DNA of 64,000 nt from Dehalococcoidia bacterium (GCA_965262235.1 OZ253504.1:2582354-2646353); one strand, 5' to 3'. Numbered from the stretch's first letter, positions 7,205 through 17,662 are shown. Translations and numbers: made by a program. The notes: generated by a model from the sequence alone, not told the origin.

Positions 7205-9457
7205 TTAGTGGGCGATCACGATCACGCCGCTTCGTTCTAGGGTGGCGAGTTCGTCGGCTCTTGAGATTCCGCTGAGGATTTCGTCGGCGTTGGAGCCGAG
7301 GATGGGGGCGGGCTGGCCGGGGACTACGGGGGTGCGGCTGAGGATCGCGGCGGGGCCGTTGGTGCGGATCTTGCCGCGGCCTTCGTGGTCTCTGGTGATC
7401 GAGAGGCCGCGGGACTGCGCCCAATCGCTCTCCATCGCCTCATCGACGGTGATCACTTCGGCGACGCCGATTCCCGCGCCGCGGAAGTGTTCGAGCCAGT
7501 GACTGACGGGATGGGCGCGAATGCGCCACTCGAGCTCCGCCTGCAGGCGATCACCTGCAGAGGCGACACCGCTGAGGCCGGGAACGCCCTCCAGCGCGGG
7601 GATGTCTCGCTCGCTCGCGCCGAGGAAGATCCAGCCGTCGGCGGCTTCGTAGAGGCGCTGCAGCGGGCCTTCGCCGAGCGCGCTCTGTCCGCGCGGCTCG
7701 GTCCAGGTCTTGCCCTCGTAGCCCTGCAGGAGCGACGACTGGAGGGTGCCCGCGGTGCGCGCCAGCGCGGTGTAGATCTCCTGCCCCTGACCGGTCCGCT
7801 CGCGGTGATAGAGCGCCATGCCCACGCCGAACGCGCCCATGATGCCGGTGCCGTAGTCGTTGATCGGGAACGGCTGGAGGGTCGGCGGATCGTCGCCGCC
7901 GTAGCGCGTCTGCATGCCCGTGGCGGCCTGCGCGAGCTGCTCCCAGCCGGCGCGCTCGGCCCACGGGCCGATCTCGCCGAAGGCGTTCAACGACGCGTAG
8001 ACGATGCCAGGGTGGCGCGCCGCGACATCTGCGTAGCCGATACCGAGTCGCTCGACGGCGCCCTTGCGGTAGTTCTGGACGACCACATCGGCGCCGGCGA
8101 CGAGGTTGTTGAAGATGTCGATTCCCGCCGTGGACTTGAGATCGAGCATGATGCTGCGCTTACCGCGGTTGACATCTTCGTGGAATCCGCCGCCCTCGCG
8201 TTTGGGGTCGTCGATCTTGATCACGTCAGCGCCGAACTCGGCCAGGGTTCGTCCGCAGGTCGGGCCGGCGAGGATGATGCAAAGGTCGATCGCGCGCATG
8301 CCCTCGAGCGCCTTCGAGAGTCGCGGTACGCCCTGGTAGGGCGCCGGCGGCTGCGCGGCAGCGACGCTCTCGAGGATCGCTTCGCGGTCGGCGTCGGGAG
8401 CGCGCTGTGCGTGGCCCGGCGCTCCGGGCGTGCGCGACATCCGCACCTGGATGCCCGGCTGCAGCATGGGGCCGAGGTCGGGGTCGTCGATCTCCACGAC
8501 CGCCTCCGACTGACGTGCATGTTCCTCGTGCAGCCACTCGGCGCTGTCGAGGCAGCGAACCGTCGGCGGGCCGGCCGCGTTGATCAGTTCTTCCCACTCC
8601 ATCGCAGGGCGCGTCTTGAAGATCTCGCTGAGGCGGCGGCGCGCCTCCGCCGCGAGTTCCGGTGAGCCGGCGAGCTGTGCCGATTGCGACCAGGGCTCGT
8701 CGAGCCACTCGGGGACGCCGGCGGCCTCACAGAACTGGCGCACGAAGTATGAGAACGCCGCATGGAAGAAGACCCAGCGCCCATCGGCGCACTCGTAGGC
8801 CGCGACCCACGGCATCTGTCGGCGCGTCGTGTCCTGTCCGATCACGCGCAGACCGGAGACGCCGACCGCCTGATAGATCGCGTCGTGCAGCGGCGACTCG
8901 ATGCGCTGGCCGAGCCCATCGCGCTCGCGTGCGACGAGCGCCATCGCGGTCGCCGTCACGCCGACGAACGCGCCGTAGACGGAGGCGATCGGGATCGCGG
9001 TGTAGATCGGCCGTGTCGAGGGCGTCCCGCCGAGCCGGGCGAAATATGTGCCCACGCCAGCGGAAACGACGCCCTCCCAAGCGGCGATGTCGCGCCGCTC
9101 GTCGCGCGCGCTGAAGCCGGGCATCGAGAGATAGATCAACCGGTCGTCGCGCGTGGTCATCTGCTCCGCGCCGAGGCCCAGGCGGTCCATCACGCCGGGG
9201 CGGAAGTTCTCGATCACGACATCGGCCGAGGCGATCAACTGCTCGGCGGTGCGCCGGTCGGCGCCCTGCTTGAGATCGAGGGCGATGCGCGACTTGCCGC
9301 GGTTCCAGATGGCGTTGGCGGGCGTGTCCCACGCGGGACCGCCGCGCGGGTCGACGCGAATCACCTCGGCGCCCTGGTCGGCGAGCAGCATGCCGGCGAG
9401 CGGCCCGGGGACCCACTGCCCAAAGTCGATTACGCGGAGTCCATCGAGCGCGCCCAT
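7205..9457 (-). CDS. tandem two-domain family III CoA-transferase (CaiB/BaiF x2 fusion)
   Basis: Two CaiB-type N-terminal signatures: LRVIDFGQWVPGPLAGMLLADQGAEVIRVDP and MRAIDLCIILAGPTCGRTLAEFGADVIKIDDP; 750 aa. Confidence 0.8.
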   Translation of the reverse strand: MGALDGLRVIDFGQWVPGPLAGMLLADQGAEVIRVDPRGGPAWDTPANAIWNRGKSRIALDLKQGADRRTAEQLIASADVVIENFRPGVMDRLGLGAEQMTTRDDRLIYLSMPGFSARDERRDIAAWEGVVSAGVGTYFARLGGTPSTRPIYTAIPIASVYGAFVGVTATAMALVARERDGLGQRIESPLHDAIYQAVGVSGLRVIGQDTTRRQMPWVAAYECADGRWVFFHAAFSYFVRQFCEAAGVPEWLDEPWSQSAQLAGSPELAAEARRRLSEIFKTRPAMEWEELINAAGPPTVRCLDSAEWLHEEHARQSEAVVEIDDPDLGPMLQPGIQVRMSRTPGAPGHAQRAPDADREAILESVAAAQPPAPYQGVPRLSKALEGMRAIDLCIILAGPTCGRTLAEFGADVIKIDDPKREGGGFHEDVNRGKRSIMLDLKSTAGIDIFNNLVAGADVVVQNYRKGAVERLGIGYADVAARHPGIVYASLNAFGEIGPWAERAGWEQLAQAATGMQTRYGGDDPPTLQPFPINDYGTGIMGAFGVGMALYHRERTGQGQEIYTALARTAGTLQSSLLQGYEGKTWTEPRGQSALGEGPLQRLYEAADGWIFLGASERDIPALEGVPGLSGVASAGDRLQAELEWRIRAHPVSHWLEHFRGAGIGVAEVITVDEAMESDWAQSRGLSITRDHEGRGKIRTNGPAAILSRTPVVPGQPAPILGSNADEILSGISRADELATLERSGVIVIAH

Positions 9458-9520
9458 CGGTGCCTCCTCTGCTGCGTGTGTGGGCGCAGGGTAGCTAGGC
9501 GCCGCGGGCGAGTTGCCTCG

Positions 9521-10120
9521 CTACCCGCTCAGCAACGCATCGGCCGCTTCGTCTATCACGGCGATGAATTCGGCTGGCGAGCGATCGTTGTGCAGGACCA
9601 GATTCGCTTTGGGCGCGCGTTCCTGCCAGGGCGTGGCCGACGCCCAGCGTTGCTCGGCCTCGGGGCGGGTGAGATCGTTGCGCGCCATCAGGCGCTGCAG
9701 CGCGGTCTCGGCGTCGCACGCGACGAGCCAGCCGGCGTCGCAGATCTGCATGTAGGGGCCCTCAAAGAGCCGCACGGCTTCGAAGACCGCGAGCGGCTGC
9801 GTGGCGTCGCGCAGCTCCGCGAGCAGGCGCATGAACTCGCCCTCGATGTCGCCGATCGCGGTGCGCAGTGCGGCGAGTCGCTCGGCGTTGCCGAAGACCA
9901 GCGCGCCGAGTGCCTTGCGGTCGATCGCGCCGCTCGCGGCGGTGACCTGCTCGCCGAACTCGGCGACGATCCGGCCGTGCGCGTCGGTACCGGGCTCATA
10001 CATCGCGTGGACGTAGCGGTCGGCGTCGAGGTGCGATGCGCCCCAGCGGTCAACCAGGCGTTGGCAGAGCAACGATTTCCCGGCAGCGATGGCGCCGGTG
10101 ACCCCGAGGACGATGGCCAT
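9521..10120 (-). CDS. coaE: dephospho-CoA kinase
   Basis: MAIVLGVTGAIAAGKS P-loop start and CoaE-like length. Start trimmed to the internal Met (track ORF extends to 10156). Confidence 0.8.
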   Translation of the reverse strand: MAIVLGVTGAIAAGKSLLCQRLVDRWGASHLDADRYVHAMYEPGTDAHGRIVAEFGEQVTAASGAIDRKALGALVFGNAERLAALRTAIGDIEGEFMRLLAELRDATQPLAVFEAVRLFEGPYMQICDAGWLVACDAETALQRLMARNDLTRPEAEQRWASATPWQERAPKANLVLHNDRSPAEFIAVIDEAADALLSG

Positions 10121-10188
10121 GATGATGCCCCTCGTGGCGGGAATAGTAGGGTACAAGAAATACGCGTTGTGATCGGCAATCCGGCTGC

Positions 10189-10686
10189 GTGGAGTGCGGG
10201 ATGAGTGAGTTCGAGCCGTCAGACGACGTGCCGTCGGGCACGCATGTGGCGCTGCCGATCGCCGAAGCTCACGTGAATGCCAATCTCGACTCGATCGATG
10301 CGATCGATTCGAAGGCGATGTTTCTCATCGGTCTGAATGTGGCGGGCGTCGGGATCTACGTCAGCGCTGTGGTAGCGCTCGGCTGGGGACTGGAGTGCAC
10401 GATCGCGCCCATCGCGTTCTTCCTCATCGCGACAGGCATCGGAATGTGGAGCGTGTGGCGCCTGAAGATTGCGCAGTTCCCATCGCCCGCTTCGATCATC
10501 GCGCTGCTGGGGGAGCACCTGAGCGACGAGCAGGTGGCGTGGGTCTTGCTCCATGGCATCGCCGAGGCGTCTCGCATGATCGAGCCGGTGCTCGAGCGCA
10601 AAGCGAGGCTCACGTTGGTCCTGCTGGTGCTTACCGTGAGCCACTCGGTAGCGATCGCGGGTAGCGCCGCTATCTGCGCCGGTTAG
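10189..10686 (+). CDS. hypothetical membrane protein
   Basis: 165-aa ORF with 3-4 hydrophobic helices (IGLNVAGVGIYVSAVVALGW..., IAFFLIATGIGMWSV..., LTLVLLVLTVSHSVAIAG). Confidence 0.4.
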   Translation: MECGMSEFEPSDDVPSGTHVALPIAEAHVNANLDSIDAIDSKAMFLIGLNVAGVGIYVSAVVALGWGLECTIAPIAFFLIATGIGMWSVWRLKIAQFPSPASIIALLGEHLSDEQVAWVLLHGIAEASRMIEPVLERKARLTLVLLVLTVSHSVAIAGSAAICAG

Positions 10687-11068
10687 ACGCCCTTGATGGT
10701 CCAGCCCGGCTTGATGCGCGGCAGCGGTCGCCGCTGGCCGGATCGGTCAGGCGTTGCGCGCTCGACGTCGGCTTCGTCGCCATTCGCGGGTACGTCCCGG
10801 TCGGAAGCTGCTGCGGCCATCTTTGACCCCCTTGTGCGTGTGTCGAGGGTATCAGCCGCATTGCGATGCGGTGCGCTCTTCCAGGGATTGCGCGCCGCTT
10901 CGCCGTGCCGCCGCCACCACTCGGCGATCCGTGCGTGGGCGGCCCCGTTCGCTTCCTGAGGCGAAGTCTTCGGTTCGCTGCCCACCGCCTCAGTCCGTCT
11001 GTTACAGAGTGCGGGCCCGATCAGGCTCGTCCCGGCGACTGGTGGCCGGGGCCAGGGCCGTAGGTCGC

Positions 11069-11686
11069 GTGTATTCTCGGCGAACGGTGTCTAACGACTT
11101 TTACCGATGCTCGTGGGCCGGCGAGAACAATGCGGAGGTCGCGTACCACGACGAGGAGTGGGGCGTGCCGCTGACCGATGACGTGGCGCTGTTTGAGTGC
11201 CTGACGCTTGAGGGGGCGCAGGCAGGGCTCTCGTGGAGCACGATTCTGGCGCGTCGCGAGGGCTATCGGTCGGCCTTCTGGGGCTGGGACCTGGAGCGGA
11301 TCGCGGGGGCGTCGGACGATGATCGGGAGACGCTGCGGGGCGATGTGAGGATCATCCGCAATCGGTTGAAGATCGCGGCGACCGTCGACAACGCCATCGC
11401 GACGCTGGCGCTGCGCGCCGGGGGACGCTCGCTGACGGAACTCGTCTGGGCCTACGCTGAACCCAGCGCAGGCCTCGGCGAGCTGGGCGACGTGCAGGCC
11501 CAGACCGTCGGCTCGCGGGCGCTGAGCCGCGAACTCAAGAGTCTTGGCTTTCGCTTCGTTGGACCCACCATCTGTTACGCCTTCATGCAGGCGAGTGGAA
11601 TCGTCAACGATCATCTGGCGCGGTGCTTCCGCCATGATCCGGTCGAAGCGTTGCGCCGGCCGTTGCTCGATCGCGCGATACCCTGA
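11069..11686 (+). CDS. tag: DNA-3-methyladenine glycosylase I
   Basis: YRCSWAGENNAEVAYHDEEWGVP...GLSWSTILARRE...FVGPTICYAFMQASGIVNDH collinear with Tag. Start uncertain (GTG at about 11069 or 11087); the Arg-rich N-terminal extension of the track ORF looks spurious. Confidence 0.8.
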   Translation: MYSRRTVSNDFYRCSWAGENNAEVAYHDEEWGVPLTDDVALFECLTLEGAQAGLSWSTILARREGYRSAFWGWDLERIAGASDDDRETLRGDVRIIRNRLKIAATVDNAIATLALRAGGRSLTELVWAYAEPSAGLGELGDVQAQTVGSRALSRELKSLGFRFVGPTICYAFMQASGIVNDHLARCFRHDPVEALRRPLLDRAIP

Positions 11687-11704
11687 GCGGACAAACGACG
11701 GGAA

Positions 11705-12508
11705 GTGGACATGACCTACGAACACCTCCGGGTTGAGATCGACGACCAGATCGCGACGATCACGCTGGACCGTCCGGAGAAGCTGAACGCGCTCTCGCGC
11801 GACCTGCACAACGAGATGGTCGCCGCGGCCAATGCCCTGCAGGCCGACGACGACGTGCGTGTGCTGATCGTCACGGGCGCCGGCCGGGGCTTCTGCTCGG
11901 GCGCGGACCTGACCGCGCGCCCATCGGCAAACGGCGTCTCCGAATCGCAGAATGCGCGGCTCGACGAGTTCGGCTGGGTCGGGGCGCAGGCGCTCGCCTT
12001 CGGCCAGATCGACAAGCCGACGATCGCGGCGGTGAACGGGGTCGCGGCGGGCGCGGGGATGAGCCTCGCGTTGGCCTGCGACATCCGCGTGGGCTCGGAG
12101 AAGGCGCGCTTCAAGACCGTGTTCCTCGAGCGCTCGCTCTCGCCCGACGCGGGCATGACGTGGTTCCTGCCGCGGATCGTGGGCTACGCCAAGGCGGCCG
12201 AGCTGGTGCTGACCAGCCGCTTCGTCGAGTCCGACGAGGCGCTGGAGATGGGTCTGCTCAACACCCGCGTGGCTCACGACGAGCTGATCTCGGCGGCGCG
12301 CGCGACTGCCGCGCAGATCGCATTCTGGCCGCCGCTCGCCGCCCGGTCGGCGAAGCGCGTCATGCAGCGCAACCTCAACGCCACGCTCGAAGAGGGCCTG
12401 CGAAACGAGATCACCGCGATCTCTCACGCCACCCGATCGGCGCACGATGTCGCCGAGGCGCAGGCCTCGTTCGTTGAGCGTCGTCAGCCGAACTTCACCG
12501 GCCAGTGA
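11705..12508 (+). CDS. enoyl-CoA hydratase/isomerase (crotonase family)
   Basis: ITLDRPEKLNALS...VLIVTGAGRGFCSGADL crotonase signature; 267 aa. Confidence 0.85.
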   Translation: MDMTYEHLRVEIDDQIATITLDRPEKLNALSRDLHNEMVAAANALQADDDVRVLIVTGAGRGFCSGADLTARPSANGVSESQNARLDEFGWVGAQALAFGQIDKPTIAAVNGVAAGAGMSLALACDIRVGSEKARFKTVFLERSLSPDAGMTWFLPRIVGYAKAAELVLTSRFVESDEALEMGLLNTRVAHDELISAARATAAQIAFWPPLAARSAKRVMQRNLNATLEEGLRNEITAISHATRSAHDVAEAQASFVERRQPNFTGQ

Positions 12509-13005
12509 GCGAGATTCGGATCCGCGAGGCGACGCCGCAGGACGCAGCCGAGATCCTGCGTTTCATTCGTGGGCTGGCCGAGTTCGAGGGTGAGCCGGCT
12601 GAGACGGTCAAAACGACCGAGGACGACATCCGCGCCCACGGCTTCGGGCCGGACCGCCAGTTTGAGACGCTGATCGCGGAGCGCGATGGTTCGCCGGTCG
12701 GCATGGCGCTGTTCTTTCCGCATTACTCGACCTGGGAGGGCCGGCCGGCCCTTTATCTGGAGGACCTGTTCGTCGACGCGGACGCGCGCGGGACGGGGGC
12801 TGGATATGCGCTGATGCAGCGGCTGGCGGAGATCGCCGATGAGCGCGACTGGACCCGGCTCGACCTCGCGGTGCTCGATTGGAACCCGGCGCGGCGCTTC
12901 TACGAGCGGATCGGCATGACCCACGAGTCGGAGTGGCTCACCTACCGCATGGGGCAGGACGCGATCGCCGCGCTGGCGCAGAATGAGGCGCCGCGGGAGG
13001 GCTGA
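12505..13005 (+). CDS. GNAT family N-acetyltransferase
   Basis: 166 aa with RGTGAGYALM GNAT motif; 4-bp ATGA overlap with the upstream gene. Confidence 0.75.
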   Translation: MSEIRIREATPQDAAEILRFIRGLAEFEGEPAETVKTTEDDIRAHGFGPDRQFETLIAERDGSPVGMALFFPHYSTWEGRPALYLEDLFVDADARGTGAGYALMQRLAEIADERDWTRLDLAVLDWNPARRFYERIGMTHESEWLTYRMGQDAIAALAQNEAPREG

Positions 13006-13021
13006 GTCAGGAGGGTTGAGC

Positions 13022-14236
13022 ATGGCCGAGATCACTGTCTACGGCGCGCCGTGGTGCCCGGACTGCCGGCGTGCCAAGCAGTTCCTTGCGGAGCACCGCG
13101 TCGAGTACGACTGGGTCGACATCGACCAGGACGCCGCCGCGCGGGCTCACGTTGAGCAGTTGCAGGGCGGCGGCCGGACGATCCCAACCGTCGTGCTGGG
13201 CGACGGTCGGATGCTGCTTGAGCCGGACAACGACGAGCTGGCGCGCGCGCTTGAGCTGCAGGTGAGGCCGAGCCGCTCGTTCTACGACCTCGCGATCGTC
13301 GGTGGTGGGCCGGCGGGTCTCGCGGCCGCGATCTACGCCGCGCGCGAGGGGATCGACACCGTCGTGGTCGAGCGCTCCGCGCTGGGCGGCCAGGCCGGCG
13401 TCACGAACCGGATCGATAACTACCCCGGATTTCCGGACGGGATCAGTGGGGACGAGCTGGCCAGGCGTTTCATCGAGCAGGCCGAGCGGTTCGGCGTCGA
13501 GCTGCTCTCGGCGGTGGCGACCAGCTCGATCTCGAAGCGCCCCAGCACAGGAGACGTGCAGCTGGGGCTGTCCAGCGGCGACGAGATCGGTGCGCACGCG
13601 GTGATCCTGGCGCCGGGATCGACCTATCGGCGCCTCGATGTCCCCGGAGAGACCGAGCTGATCGGCGCCTCCGTGCATTTCTGCTCAACCTGTGACGGTC
13701 CCTTCTACCGCGGGGCTGGAGAGCTGGCGGTGATCGGCGGCGGGAACTCCGCGCTCGAGGAGGGCTTGTATCTGACCCAGTTCGCCGATCGGGTGCGAAT
13801 CATCCACCGCGGCGACGCGCTGCGCGGATCGCAGGTGTTGCGCGACAAGGTTCGCGACCACGATCGGGTCGACCTCATGCTCGGCACGACGGTCGAGGCG
13901 ATGCGCGGCAACGGGTCGATCTCGGCGCTGACGCTGCGCGACCGAGCAAGCGGCGAGCTCTCGGAGTACGCACCAGATGGGGTGTTCGTGTTCATCGGCC
14001 TGCAGCCCAACACCGACTTCCTGCCGCCCGAGATTGCGGTCGACGAGCGCGGATTCGTCGTGACCAACGCGCAGTTTGAGACCTCGATCGCCGGCGTGTT
14101 CGCAGCGGGCGACAGTCGCGCCGGCTCGACCAAGCAGCTGGGCGCGGCCGTCGGGGAGGGGATCACCGCGCTGATGATGGCGCGGCAGTATCTGCAGGGC
14201 CACCAGCACATTCGCGCGGCCTCGCGGGGGGACTGA
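13022..14236 (+). CDS. trxB: glutaredoxin-like domain fused to thioredoxin-disulfide reductase
   Basis: N-terminal ITVYGAPWCPDCRRAKQFL (Grx/NrdH-like CPDC). Then GGGPAG FAD motif, CSTCDG redox-active disulfide and GGGNSA NADPH motif. Start trimmed to MAEITVYG. Confidence 0.8.
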   Translation: MAEITVYGAPWCPDCRRAKQFLAEHRVEYDWVDIDQDAAARAHVEQLQGGGRTIPTVVLGDGRMLLEPDNDELARALELQVRPSRSFYDLAIVGGGPAGLAAAIYAAREGIDTVVVERSALGGQAGVTNRIDNYPGFPDGISGDELARRFIEQAERFGVELLSAVATSSISKRPSTGDVQLGLSSGDEIGAHAVILAPGSTYRRLDVPGETELIGASVHFCSTCDGPFYRGAGELAVIGGGNSALEEGLYLTQFADRVRIIHRGDALRGSQVLRDKVRDHDRVDLMLGTTVEAMRGNGSISALTLRDRASGELSEYAPDGVFVFIGLQPNTDFLPPEIAVDERGFVVTNAQFETSIAGVFAAGDSRAGSTKQLGAAVGEGITALMMARQYLQGHQHIRAASRGD

Positions 14237-14240
14237 GTCG

Positions 14241-16808
14241 TCAGGTCCGGCCGTCGCTGAGCGGCGGCGCGGTGACGATCGCCCGGTCCGACTCGAACTG
14301 CGCAACCTCCGCCGTGCTGAAGCCAAGCTCGCTGAGGATCACGCGATTGTGCTCGCCGAGCGCAGGACTGGGCCGCATCGCCAGCTCCGGCGCCTCGCTG
14401 AAGTGGAGCGGCGAACCGGCGTATTCGAACGTCCCGACACCGGGCTGATCCCAGTCGACAACGAAGCCGCGTTCGCGCAGCTGCCTGTTGTTGAATAGGT
14501 CGCGATTGGTCAGCACCGGCATCGCTGGGACCCCCGAAGCCTGAAGGCGCTCGGCCAGCGCGAAGCGCTCCAGCCTGGTGGTGTGGGACGAGATCAGCGC
14601 ATCGATCTGGTCGTGATGGGCCCGGCGACCGGCAGCGTTGAGCCACTCGGGGTTGCGCAGTGCCTGGTCGTCAATGACCTCGCAGAACTGGAGCCAGGCT
14701 TCGTCGCTGTCGATGGTGATCGCGATCCAGACATCAAGGCCGTCGGCAGCGTCCTCGCCCGCGGGCAGGCACGGGTAGACGCCCTGGGGCGCCGCCGACC
14801 AGTCGCGGTTGGCGCGCTGCTGGGGCGGGCCGCCGATTGAGGTCAACAGCGCGAGCTCGCCGCTGATGCCGACGTACGTCTCAAGCTGCGAGATGTCGAC
14901 GAACATCCCCTCGCCGGTCCGTTCGCGCTCCGCGAGCGCGGCGATCAGGGCAAACGCGGTGTGTATGCCGCCGACCGGATCGGGGAATGCGTGGCCGAGT
15001 TTGAGCGGTCCGGCCCCGGGGTATCCGGTCACGGTGGTGGCCCCGGAGTGGGCTTCGAGGATGGGACCGTACGAGACTCGCTGCTGCAAGGGCCCGGTGT
15101 GGCCGTAGCCCGTCGCGGAGATCGAGATGATCCGCGGATTCCACTCGCGGATCGTCGCGTGATCGATCCCCAGGCTGCGCGAGCCGCGCGGGCTGAAGTT
15201 GTCGAGCACCACGTCGGCCGACTCCACCAGCCGGCGCCAGATCCGCTTGCCCTCGGCGGTCTTCAGGTCAGCGCAGAGACTGCGCTTGTTGCGGTTCATC
15301 TTGGTGAACGATCCACCGCGGTTCCAGACTGCGGGGATCGGCTCCGCGTGGGGCTGCGAGCCCGAGCGTTGCTTGCGTCCGGGTGCATTGGGCCGCGGGA
15401 GGATTCCGGCCGCCCCCCGGGTGTGCTGCTCGACCTTGATCACATCTGCGCCGAGATCGCCGAGCGTGCGCGCGGCCAACGGGCCAGCCCAGGCGTAGCC
15501 GAATTCAACCACACGGATCCCCTCGAGCAGCCGCGTCGCGCCGGCTTCAGTGCGGGTTGGTCGCGTCGCGCGCAGGATCGGCGTCGGACGCCGCTCGCCG
15601 ACGAGCGGACGCGTGCCGCTGTCGAGGAGCACGCCGTCGCCGACGAGCTGTCGCAGCTCGTTGGGCGCGCAGCCTGCCTCGGCGAGCACTTGCGCGGTGT
15701 GCTGGCCGAGCCTGGGGGCGGCTCGAAACTCGGAAGGGCTGGACGGCAGCCGGAACGGGAGCCCGGGCATCCGCGCGCCGGCGCCGAGCTCCTCGGGCGA
15801 CACCCAGAAGTCGCGCTCCCGCAGCTGCTCGTCGTCCAGCGTTTCGTCGAGCGACAGCACGGCACTGGCGGGCACGTGGTGGCCCTGAAGCGCGTCGACC
15901 ACTTCGCTGCGGCTGCGGGACATCAGCCATGGCGCCAGGCGCTGATCGATCTCGTCGGCGTGGTCGGCGCGGCCGGAGCGGGGCGCGTTCGCGCCGTAAC
16001 GCGGATCATCGGCCATCTCCGGCATCCCAATCGCGGCGCAGAGGTTACGCCACTGCGCCGGGCTCGGCGCCGCGATGCAGACCCAGCCGTCGCGGCAGGG
16101 GAAGAGCGCGACCGGGTGCGGCGTATCGACGTGCCGATTGTTGGTGCGCCGTTTGACGACCCGCTGCCAGGAGTACTGCACGAAGCTCCACTGGTGCGAG
16201 GCGGCCATCGCTTCCATCGTGCCGACATCAACCAGCTGGCCGCGACCGCTCTTGCGCCGCTCATGCAGCGCGGCCAGCGCGCCGACGGCCGCGGTGACAC
16301 CGGCGACGTAGGCCGACCAGGGGCCCGCGCCCTGCACGGGGGCGCGCGCGGGATCGCCGCTGATGTAGAGGTAGCCGCTCGCGGCCCAATCGCAGAGGTC
16401 GCTGCCGCTCCAGCCGGACCACGGGCCGCTCGCTCCATAGCGCGATACCGACACGTGGACGAGCTCGGGATTGCGCGCGCGAATCCTGGCATCGAACTCA
16501 TGCGCCGTCTCGGGATTCTCGTCCGCTGAGCTAATCACCACATCGGCGTGGTCGATCAGTTCGTCGAGCCAGCGCTGGCCGGCGGGATGATCAGCGTCGA
16601 GCGCGACGCTCTGCTTCCACGCCGCGAGGTATTCAAACAGGGCGCTGCGACCCGTCGCTTGCGTGCGCAACAGCGGTGGCATGCGCCGCAACGCAGATCC
16701 TTCGAGCGGCTCAACCAGCGTGACATCGGCGCCGGCGGTGGCGAGCAGCCGCCCGGTGTACGCCCCGGCCACACTCTGGCTCAGCTCGAGCACGCGCAGG
16801 TCGATCAT
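14241..16808 (-). CDS. tandem two-domain family III CoA-transferase (CaiB/BaiF x2 fusion)
   Basis: MIDLRVLELSQSVAGAYTGRLLATAGADVTLVEP and IRVVEFGYAWAGPLAARTLGDLGADVIKVEQ signatures; 855 aa. Confidence 0.8.
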   Translation of the reverse strand: MIDLRVLELSQSVAGAYTGRLLATAGADVTLVEPLEGSALRRMPPLLRTQATGRSALFEYLAAWKQSVALDADHPAGQRWLDELIDHADVVISSADENPETAHEFDARIRARNPELVHVSVSRYGASGPWSGWSGSDLCDWAASGYLYISGDPARAPVQGAGPWSAYVAGVTAAVGALAALHERRKSGRGQLVDVGTMEAMAASHQWSFVQYSWQRVVKRRTNNRHVDTPHPVALFPCRDGWVCIAAPSPAQWRNLCAAIGMPEMADDPRYGANAPRSGRADHADEIDQRLAPWLMSRSRSEVVDALQGHHVPASAVLSLDETLDDEQLRERDFWVSPEELGAGARMPGLPFRLPSSPSEFRAAPRLGQHTAQVLAEAGCAPNELRQLVGDGVLLDSGTRPLVGERRPTPILRATRPTRTEAGATRLLEGIRVVEFGYAWAGPLAARTLGDLGADVIKVEQHTRGAAGILPRPNAPGRKQRSGSQPHAEPIPAVWNRGGSFTKMNRNKRSLCADLKTAEGKRIWRRLVESADVVLDNFSPRGSRSLGIDHATIREWNPRIISISATGYGHTGPLQQRVSYGPILEAHSGATTVTGYPGAGPLKLGHAFPDPVGGIHTAFALIAALAERERTGEGMFVDISQLETYVGISGELALLTSIGGPPQQRANRDWSAAPQGVYPCLPAGEDAADGLDVWIAITIDSDEAWLQFCEVIDDQALRNPEWLNAAGRRAHHDQIDALISSHTTRLERFALAERLQASGVPAMPVLTNRDLFNNRQLRERGFVVDWDQPGVGTFEYAGSPLHFSEAPELAMRPSPALGEHNRVILSELGFSTAEVAQFESDRAIVTAPPLSDGRT

Positions 16809-17662
16809 GCGTACCGGAGGGGCACGGCGCCCTGATAGATGCCCGGTATCCAGCTGCCGTCGACGCGCCGCGCCGCGTCGATCAACGCGGGGGCCATGCC
16901 TTCGGCGGCGTGGTACAGCTCCTCCACGTCCTCAAACGAGCCGGCGCTGTCGGCGCGCAGGCCGGGACGCCAGACGACCGTCGGCACCCCGGCCGAGAGG
17001 TGGTCCAGCTCGTTACGGGTGCGCTGCTCGACGGCGACCTCCATCGAGCGAGCCAACACATCGATGATGCCGCGCGGTCGCCGCGGCGAGGGCGGTGAGC
17101 CGAGGTCGACGGCGATGATCTCCGTCGCCCCCTGCGCCACGGCGGTCTCGAGGTCGAGCCCGGTGACCACTCCGGCGTCGACGTACCACTCGCCGCGGAT
17201 GCGGACCGGGGGGAACACCCCGGGGATCGCGCAGGAGGCGAGCACGGCATCGATCACCGAGCCGTTGGAGAAGACCTGCTTGACACCGCGGTCGAGGCTG
17301 GTGGCGGTGATGTACAGCGGAATCTCGGCGGCCGCGAGTTCGTCGACCGTGACGTAGGGCTCGATCAGCTGGCGGAGAAACTCGTTGGAGTAGAGGCTCA
17401 TCCGCCCGAGCAGCAGATTACGGCCGATCCGCAGGAGGTTGCGGTCCCACATGCGCTGGTCGCGCAGCGCACGCCAGACGTCGGCCAGGCCGTCGATGTT
17501 GTGCGGATGAAACGCGAGAAAGGCGCCGTTGAGCGCGCCGACGCTGGTGCCCACGATCATGTCGGGGTTAATGTCGAGGTCCATCAAGCGCTGCAGAAAC
17601 GGCACCTGGCAGATGCCGAGGTTGCCGCCGCCGCTCAGGACGAGAGCCAGGCGTTGCGCCAA
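16805..17662 (-). CDS. patatin-like phospholipase
   Basis: LVLSGGGNLG oxyanion motif, GTSVGA serine motif and a downstream DAG-type motif. 4-bp overlap with the downstream CoA-transferase gene. Confidence 0.8.
   Translation of the reverse strand: MAQRLALVLSGGGNLGICQVPFLQRLMDLDINPDMIVGTSVGALNGAFLAFHPHNIDGLADVWRALRDQRMWDRNLLRIGRNLLLGRMSLYSNEFLRQLIEPYVTVDELAAAEIPLYITATSLDRGVKQVFSNGSVIDAVLASCAIPGVFPPVRIRGEWYVDAGVVTGLDLETAVAQGATEIIAVDLGSPPSPRRPRGIIDVLARSMEVAVEQRTRNELDHLSAGVPTVVWRPGLRADSAGSFEDVEELYHAAEGMAPALIDAARRVDGSWIPGIYQGAVPLRYA

Noticed and set aside
10683-10985. 100-aa minus-strand ORF and overlapping plus-strand ORFs in the 10687-11068 gap
   Set aside because: Mutually overlapping short ORFs with Arg-rich composition and no motifs; likely non-coding promoter region upstream of tag.
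11035-11165. Apparent mismatch between the printed sequence and the ORF-track translation of tag
   Set aside because: By eye there is an extra T near 11040 and one fewer G near 11160. The two differences compensate, and I cannot verify single bases reliably by eye, so the ORF track was treated as authoritative and no frameshift was called here.
11021-12445. 474-aa Arg/Pro-rich ORF on the minus strand
   Set aside because: Antisense to the well-supported tag and enoyl-CoA hydratase genes; low-complexity Arg-rich composition typical of spurious high-GC reverse-frame ORFs.
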